NCBI GenBank assembly: GCA_050506795.1
Contig: JBJHCF010000001.1
Span: 32,001 to 96,000 of the forward strand
DNA length: 64,000 nt
From: Opitutia bacterium
Lineage (GTDB): Bacteria > Verrucomicrobiota > Verrucomicrobiia > Opitutales > T3Sed10-336
Direction of reading: 5' to 3'
The notes beneath the pieces were generated by a model that saw only the letters and a list, made by a program, of their open reading frames with translations, did no database searches and was not told where the DNA came from. Shown one piece after another: positions 62,687 to 64,000 of the stretch (position 1 is its first letter; each line of letters starts with the position of its first letter). A program made the translations under genes and the position numbers.

Positions 62687-63609
62687 ATGGAACACCCACC
62701 CCACACCCGCACAACAAGCTCTTCAAACGGAGTTTTGGCGACCCAACCACCGCGGCAAACTTTCTTCGCCACGAGTTCTCCGAGCCGCTCGCCCGTGCCA
62801 TCCACTGGGACACTCTGAAACTCGAGTCCGGCTCCTTCATCGACTCACAATACCGCTCGTCCGAAAGCGACCTGTTGTTCTCGACGCTTGTGGGCGGCAA
62901 ACCGGCCCGTATCTACCTGCTTTTCGAGCACCAGCGCTCACCCCAACGCATGATCGCCCTGCGACTGCTCCGCTACATGGTGCGCATCTGGGAGCAGTTT
63001 CACGAATCTAATTCGACCCAACCTCTGCCGGTCATTCTCCCGGTCGTTTTGGCCCACAACGCCGAGCATTGGGATATCCCAGACAGCTTTGCCCCTCTTC
63101 TCGATATTCCCGAAAACCTGCATGGAGAACTCGACGCTGTCGTGCCCGACTTCGTTTTCAAGCTCATCCAGCTCTCCGACATTCCCTTCGACCGAATCCG
63201 CGGCACTCCGGCCGGGATTCTCACCCTGCGGGTCATGAAAGCCGAACGCCTCGGTATGCTGCTCGATGATCCGGTCTGGGACGAGGAGCTCGTCGGCAAA
63301 GCGTCCCTGGAACTCTTCGAGCAGATCCTGCGTTACATCGCCTCCGCCGCCGATCTTGACAAGCCGGCCTTTTTCGAGAGGCTTAAAATGGTAAAAGATG
63401 AAAGCATTCGGCAAACGGCCATGACACTCGAACAACAGTTTCGTCAGGAAGGGGAGCGCCTGCTTTTAGAGCGTTTGCTTATTCGCCGGTTCGGTCATCT
63501 TCCCGAATGGGTTTGTCGATTGCTTGAAGACGCCACGACCGACCAGATTGAGCAATGGGGCGAGGCTATTCTGGACGCCCCCTCGCTGGAATCGGTTTTC
63601 CGGCAATAG
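62687..63609 (+). pseudogene. Rpn/YhgA-like PD-(D/E)XK nuclease with DUF4351-like C-terminus; frameshift near codon 7-8
   Basis: PHNKLFK..F, WDTLKLESGSFID, SDLLFS, LFEHQ, RLLRY motifs lie in a frame lacking ATG/GTG/TTG before 62875; ATG 62687 is in another frame. Confidence 0.75.
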
Positions 63610-63807
63610 GCACGCTTTTTTTGGCGGCGCTGTCGTTCTGCGCTTCGTGGTTTCACCGAATCCGCTTCTCCCGGCATTCACGACGATTTCGTTCCCAGGC
63701 TCCGCGGCCGGTTCGAATGGGATTGACATGGCCGATAAGTTTTGCTTTCTCAATCGATAAACCCAGGTCCTAGGTTCCCACAAATGATTTATCGATAGGA
63801 GGTTCCC

Positions 63808-64000
63808 ATGAAAACATCCCCTCTCCCCCAGGAACCCTTTCGGCGACGCGGTTTTACCCTGGTCGAGCTCCTCACGACGATAGGGGTGATCGCCATCTTG
63901 GCGGCGATTGCGTTTCCGGTATACCGGATGGCGCGCGAATCGGCGAGGCGGGCTTCCTGCGCGAGCAATCTGCGTCAGATTGGGATCGCCAGTCAGCTTT
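63808..64000 (+). CDS. Prepilin-type N-terminal cleavage/methylation domain protein (PVC type), 3'-truncated
   Basis: AGGAGG RBS at 63797-63802; [21 protein letters not shown]...[18 protein letters not shown]. Confidence 0.92.
   Translation, partial: MKTSPLPQEPFRRRGFTLVELLTTIGVIAILAAIAFPVYRMARESARRASCASNLRQIGIASQL

Overview
GC-rich bacterial chromosomal window, most likely Verrucomicrobiota (Opitutales-like). This is inferred from the lpxC-fabZ fusion, the PVC-type prepilin-motif gene and DUF1080; no taxonomy search was run. It is mostly core genes: dnaX, prc, ftsB, recQ, purSQLF, lpxC-fabZ/lpxA, hypABFCDE, msrBA, serS-tilS-ftsH, several peptidases and a GH51 arabinofuranosidase. No rRNA, tRNA, CRISPR array, prophage or intact IS was seen. 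The most striking item is a full-length 1009-aa homolog of alpha-glucan, water dikinase (GWD), the starch-phosphorylating enzyme classically known from eukaryotes; it retains the catalytic histidine motif and an N-terminal CBM45-like module (25599-28628). Other items: (1) a 26-unit GATAG-core array with a 22-nt higher-order period, plus an inverted copy, between the stop codons of hypE and a four-helix-bundle gene; (2) a dnaX whose long form appears to need -1 recoding at an A10 run; (3) a VTC-domain/DUF4956/HlyD operon with a Pho-box-like upstream repeat; (4) an Rpn nuclease gene with a 5' frameshift but an intact internal antitoxin-like ORF; (5) a Thermotoga-type tRNase Z; (6) several REP-like palindromic repeats. 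All family calls come from motif recognition, not database searches.
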